Assembly: GCA_964016885.1 (NCBI GenBank)
Contig: OZ024741.1
Location: 166,904,001-166,968,000 of the forward strand
Direction of reading: 5' to 3'
Origin: Eledone cirrhosa
Taxonomy: Eukaryota
Length of the DNA: 64,000 nucleotides
Shown: positions 58,732 through 64,000 of the stretch, piece after piece
How positions within the stretch are numbered: position 1 is the stretch's first letter
Layout: every line of letters starts with the position of its first letter
Program-made: the position numbers and the translations under genes
The notes under the pieces: model-generated
Database searches by the model: none
What the model saw: only the letters and a program-made list of their open reading frames with translations
Told to the model about the DNA's origin: nothing

Positions 58732-58906
58732 GTCAGGACCCCGACGGCTGAGCTCCGACCGTTTCGACAGCTAGATCCGAACTAGTTCGGCCGGAGCTCG
58801 GTCGTCGGGGTCCTGACTCTTTTCCTATTACCCACTCTACTACCCTAAGTATTGAGTAATCTGGTGCGTTATGGTCAACCTGGTTCCTTACCACACTTTC
58901 TTTGTT

Positions 58907-58907
<1 letters not shown>
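58506..58907 (+). mobile_element. Two family B elements in tandem (58506-58698, 58726-58907) separated by (TA)n
   Basis: Two different subfamilies sharing the same tail. Confidence 0.75.
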
Positions 58908-58972
<65 letters not shown>

Positions 58973-59071
58973 CATGTATAACCAAAGATTAATATGGTTC
59001 GTTGATTATTCAACGAATACAATTTTACAATAGATTAGAAGCACTCGACAAGAATTTTCCTGGAGTATTTA

Positions 59072-59411
59072 ATATTATTCAAGATATTAATAAATGAAAA
59101 ATATTCTCATAATCAAAATATATATTTTATTATACATATTTGAAAGGTACAATGGTGTTTAAGTACGTTTTCATCAGATAAAATATAAGATTTGATATGC
59201 GACATACCACTACGGTTTTGATTATTCAATTGCAATAGTGGCCACTATTGGAGTTGAATAATCAAAACCGTAGTGGTATGTCGCATATCAAATCTTATAT
59301 TTTATCTGATGAAAACGTACTTAAACACCATTGTACCTTTCAAATATGTATAATAAAATATATATTTTGATTATGAGAATATTTTTCATTTATTAATATT
59401 TTGAATAATAT
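59072..59411. mobile_element. Family A-like fold-back palindrome with a mutated hammerhead (GAAA>CAAA)
   Basis: Spacerless centre caatagtgg|ccactattg at 59241/59242. The tail on the left carries gcactc (GAGTGC on -). Confidence 0.75.
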
Positions 59412-59427
59412 ATATTCTATTCTATTC

Positions 59428-59662
59428 TAAGGCGGGTAAAATTCCTGAGATCCATGGACGAGTTCTCTCCAGCGCTCTCTGTCCCTCATTATCGCTGCCA
59501 TGTCCTGCGTCTCCAACCGACCAGTGTCTGTCCTTAGGGCATCAACATACGTTAATCTTGGTCTTCCTCGTCTAGTGTGTCCATGTAGGGGCTCCCAAAG
59601 GAGCACTGAGTGCAATGTCAACTCTGGATGTCGGTGAGCATGTCCAGCTAACCTCAGCCTCC
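59428..59662 (-). mobile_element. RTE-clade LINE 3' fragment
   Basis: LAGHAHRHPEL..VLLWEP.HG..RRGRPRLTYVD...MRDRERWRELV; (TAGAA)n tail. Confidence 0.85.
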
Positions 59663-59730
59663 TATATATATATAATTTTATATCTTATAGTCTTATATAT
59701 TTTATAGTCTTATATATATATATAATTATA

Positions 59731-59800
<70 letters not shown>

Positions 59801-60846
59801 CATTAACGCTTGATTTTGTATTCTATAAAATACATTCTAGTTGGATAGGTTTGTAATTATTCACATTAATGGGTAGGGATGGACGTAAAGCGGGTAAACA
59901 TAACAAAAGGTGAAGGGCTGTGGGTATGGAGTTAATGAGTAAAAAAACAAGGACTGGGGGTGGCAAAGATGAGAGAGGAAATTAATTCTGCTTTAAAAAA
60001 TATCAATGCGAAACTTGAGGTGAAATTTAAATAATTTATTTCATCATTAAAATATTTTTTTAATCTTCATATTACAAATGTTTGCAATGTTCCGTTTTCA
60101 TTTCGTTTCTTTTTCTAGTCGCTTCCATCCAGGTAAAAAATAACGATTTGTCACCAGCACCTTCATATATAGTCTTTTAATTTTTTTCTTCAGAAATGCA
60201 TTGATTCTTAAAATGTAGCGTTTATTGTATGTGATGTAAGTATATGTAAAATATATTTTGTATGTATATATGTGTATATGTTTGCTTTTACGTTCAACAA
60301 TTTTTTTTTTATTTCGAGTTTTCATATATAAGTTTAGTAATATGTGTTTTATAAATAGAAGTAATTTATAGTTTATATAAAAATAGATACCAAATCTTAT
60401 GAAAAGTATATGATTATCACTCTTAAATAAGGTTTACAGTGTGTGATATAATTTTACATTTCTACAAATATTTCAAACTTCTGACAAGAGAGTCTTATGC
60501 GAAGGCTTCTATGAGAGATCCATGTCTTATTTTGTAGAATATTTCTCGCCCGTTTTAGCAAATTCATAGAAGATTCAAAAGAATCATTAACTAATTAATA
60601 AAATATTTATTAAGATAATAAATACATTTCAATCCCAACAAAATATATTGGCTTCACAAGTTTTCTTACTCTATTTTATTGAAATTAAGGTTTTTGTTGT
60701 CTTGTTTTCTGGTTTTGTTTTGTTTCTCTGTGTGTAAAACAAGGTAGCTGAAATTTTGTCTTGGTGTTTTGCGAAAAACAAATTATTGTAAATAAGGCAC
60801 ACCAAAAAAGGAAAATGGCATGCGATGTTTGTGAGGGACTGTGAAT

Positions 60847-60884
60847 CTAGGCTTTTCCTCCAGTCAGGACTCCATTGATAAAAT
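60847..60884 (-). CDS. Myosin light chain paralogue 2, last coding exon (DFINGVLTGGKA*)
   Basis: Minus strand tttcctttcag|AT TTT ATC AAT GGA GTC CTG ACT GGA GGA AAA GCC TAG. Phase 1, homologous to DFIKRVMSG of gene 1. Confidence 0.85.
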
Positions 60885-61168
60885 CTGAAAGGAAAATATC
60901 ACATATATCTAACAAATGAAGAAACAGTGAGACATGTAATACACATTGTGCAGTGTGCACATCTAGTGCACACTGAGCATTATGTAACGGTATACACAAT
61001 TCTGACCAAGATAATAATAAACAACAACAAAAAAGACATTGCATGCACTGAAGGAAAAAAGAAAAAAATAATTCATGTAACCAAAGGTTTCCTCTATCTT
61101 AAAATACTGGATAAGCTAGAACACATGTTCAGAGAGCAAATGAACAGAGAAACTGGAATGTGTGTGTG

Positions 61169-61238
<70 letters not shown>

Positions 61239-61271
61239 CATATGCATATATACATACATATATATATATAG

Positions 61272-61455
61272 TAATAATAATTGTTTCTACTTTTGGCACA
61301 AGGCCAGCAATTACCCAGTACATTACTGGTACTTTATTTTATCGACTCCGTATGGATGAAAGGCAAAGTTAACCTCGGCGGAATTTGAACTCAGATCGCA
61401 AAGGGACGTAACTCTATGCTAGAAAGCATGTCCAACCCTCTACCGATACTGCCAA
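61272..61455 (-). mobile_element. tRNA-derived SINE in the last intron of paralogue 2
   Basis: Family match. Confidence 0.85.
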
Positions 61456-61640
61456 TATGTGAAGACTAAAATCCAAAGAGGGCTCAATAAGGATAAATAT
61501 ATATCAAATATATAAGAACCCTACAGCAAATATTTATTAAATAGATTAAAGTTTAAGCAAAGAATAGCAGCGATTCTTTGCTTAAATTTTAATCTGTTAT
61601 TTAATAAATATATATATATGTGTGTGTGTGTATGTATATG

Positions 61641-61787
<147 letters not shown>

Positions 61788-62073
61788 AGAGCGGAGCAAG
61801 CAATTATCAAACAATTCTCTAAACCAATTCTTTCCATTGGAAATTCCCTGGATTTCCAATTTTTGGATTGGTGAAAACGTCGGTAACAGCAATAGAACAG
61901 GTGATTATTTAAATCGTTTTTTAATTTATTTAGAGAATTGTTTGATAATTGCTTGCTCCGCTCTTTTTATATTGTTCTGGTATCTCAAATTAGTACCATC
62001 GAACCACAACTATTATAAACACCCTGCATATTTCTATAGGTACCTAGTGCCTGTTGAAGTATTCACACACTTT

Positions 62074-62197
<124 letters not shown>

Positions 62198-62445
62198 AAG
62201 AAAAGGGAGAGGGACGGTATTACATATTCAACATAAGTTTATTAGTATATTTCATTACATCATACATGTTAAGTACATTTCAAAGGCATCATATTCGATG
62301 TTATTCGATGCGTTGTCGTTAGACAGGTAACATCGGATTGCAGATGCATAGTGACCTGTTGATGCCTTTGAAATGTACATAACGTGTATAATGTAATCAA
62401 ATAAATTCATGGTGAATATGTTATACCGTATCTCTTCTTTTTCTT
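62198..62445. repeat. Diverged TA-adjacent fold-back with a hammerhead 3' half
   Basis: gtacatttcaaaggcatca...tgatgcctttGAAATGTACATA; arms extend about 95 bp. Confidence 0.6.
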
Positions 62446-62886
62446 AAGATCGATACTCTGTCCGATACCATATACGTGATACCTTATACTACCCACGTCA
62501 TGGAATGCTTCCACCTGATCAGACTACAGTTGGTCGAATGGTTGGATCAACCAACAGTGGTTATCGAAATAAATAAAATCTGTCCTCACTTTAAAAATCT
62601 TCAAGCACCGGCGTCGCTTGATATGAAACATTTTTTTGCGATTCATGGTATTGCTGGTCACAGGCAAGTCATACATACATTGTCAGACACAAATCTATGT
62701 ATAAATAAGAGTACACCTCATAGGATTTAAGTGTGTTAAATACTAATTCAAATGTAACGTCGAAATAATTTACAATAGTAAGATTAATGGTAACAGTGGT
62801 TTTAAGCCCTGGATCGCGCGCACGTAAAAAAGCGATCATAACCAAGTGATTGCATGATAAAGGGAGGTAACTAAGTAATCACTTAC

Positions 62887-62973
62887 CTTCATACTTGACA
62901 TTGCCGTCAATATTTTCTCGTAATTCTGTAAATTGGAAGATTTCATTCACCTCACGATCACCAAGTCTTTCAC
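62887..62973 (-). CDS. Myosin light chain paralogue 2 (ELC-type), penultimate exon (GERLGDREVNEIFQFTELRENIDGNVKYE)
   Basis: Minus strand ccaacag acceptor, gtaagt donor, 87 bp. Same length and phase as exon 5 of gene 1, with 17/29 identical residues. Confidence 0.92.
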
Positions 62974-63605
62974 CTGTTGGAAATAGGTTTATATGTCTGT
63001 ATTTGTATCATAAACACACACACACACACACACACATACACACACATACACACACATACACACACATTCTCACACTCTCTCTCTCTCTCTCACATACACA
63101 CGCATACACACATACGCACACATTCACACACACACTCACACACACACACACACACACACATACACACACATACAGACACACATTCACACACACACTCACA
63201 CACACGCACACACACACGCACACATTCACTCACACACACACTCACACACACGCACACACATACACACCTCTCTATATAAAATTCTTTGCCTCTCTGTCTG
63301 TCTGTCTTTTCCTTATGCATTCCCAAATGGCTCGACCAAATCAAATCAACATATTTTTATTTTCATTAGGATTAAAACAATATACCACTTTATCTAAAAT
63401 AATCTACTATAGACAACTAAGTAAACAGATATTTTATAACACGACGACGACGCCAGATTTTGTATATGAGTGTGTATGTGTCTGTGAGTATGTGTATGAT
63501 TGCGCGTTCGTTACGTACATTACGCCTTAGTGAGTTACATACACACACATCTACACGTAAATACTTAATCAGATACACAGAATTAAACACGCGATTCAGA
63601 CCTAG

Positions 63606-63725
<120 letters not shown>

Positions 63726-64000
63726 ACCACCACCACCACCACCACCACTACACACATATATATATATACAATTATCTATGTCTATATATCTATATCTATA
63801 TCTACATATAATATAAAAGATTTGAACTTCCACGATCCTTTTGAGAAACGTGGACCCGCTACTTCTATGCAATGACAGGCACTTTACAGCCAGGAGGATT
63901 ATGAACCATCTCCTGGAGGTCACTATGCTTGTAGGCAATGATCAAGGAGAAAATGCATTTATTCCCAAGATTCCTCATATCCATTCCTCTACCGAGCTAC

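Overview
Eukaryotic, AT-rich DNA packed with microsatellites, most likely from a coleoid cephalopod such as Octopus (inferred from the protein sequence and repeat content). Nearly all listed ORFs are microsatellite artefacts. Real coding content is two myosin essential light chain (ELC) genes. One is a complete 6-exon gene on + (ATG 11676 to stop 34336, 161 aa, with the DFWDGRDG Ca2+-binding EF-hand). The other is the last two coding exons of a diverged paralogue on - (62973-62887, 60884-60847), pointing toward the first. The rest is tRNA-derived SINEs (more than 20 copies), LINE fragments (RTE, R4/Dong, CRE, L1/Tx1-like), MITEs and minisatellites. The most striking signal is a set of unrelated short non-coding elements, mostly embedded in (TA)n tracts. 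They are often fold-back palindromes and carry minimal type I hammerhead ribozyme motifs (intact, variant, half or chimeric), consistent with Penelope-like pLTR or retrozyme-type elements. One intact-core hammerhead lies in sense orientation in intron 1 of the ELC gene. All structures were read by eye; no searches or folding programs were run.
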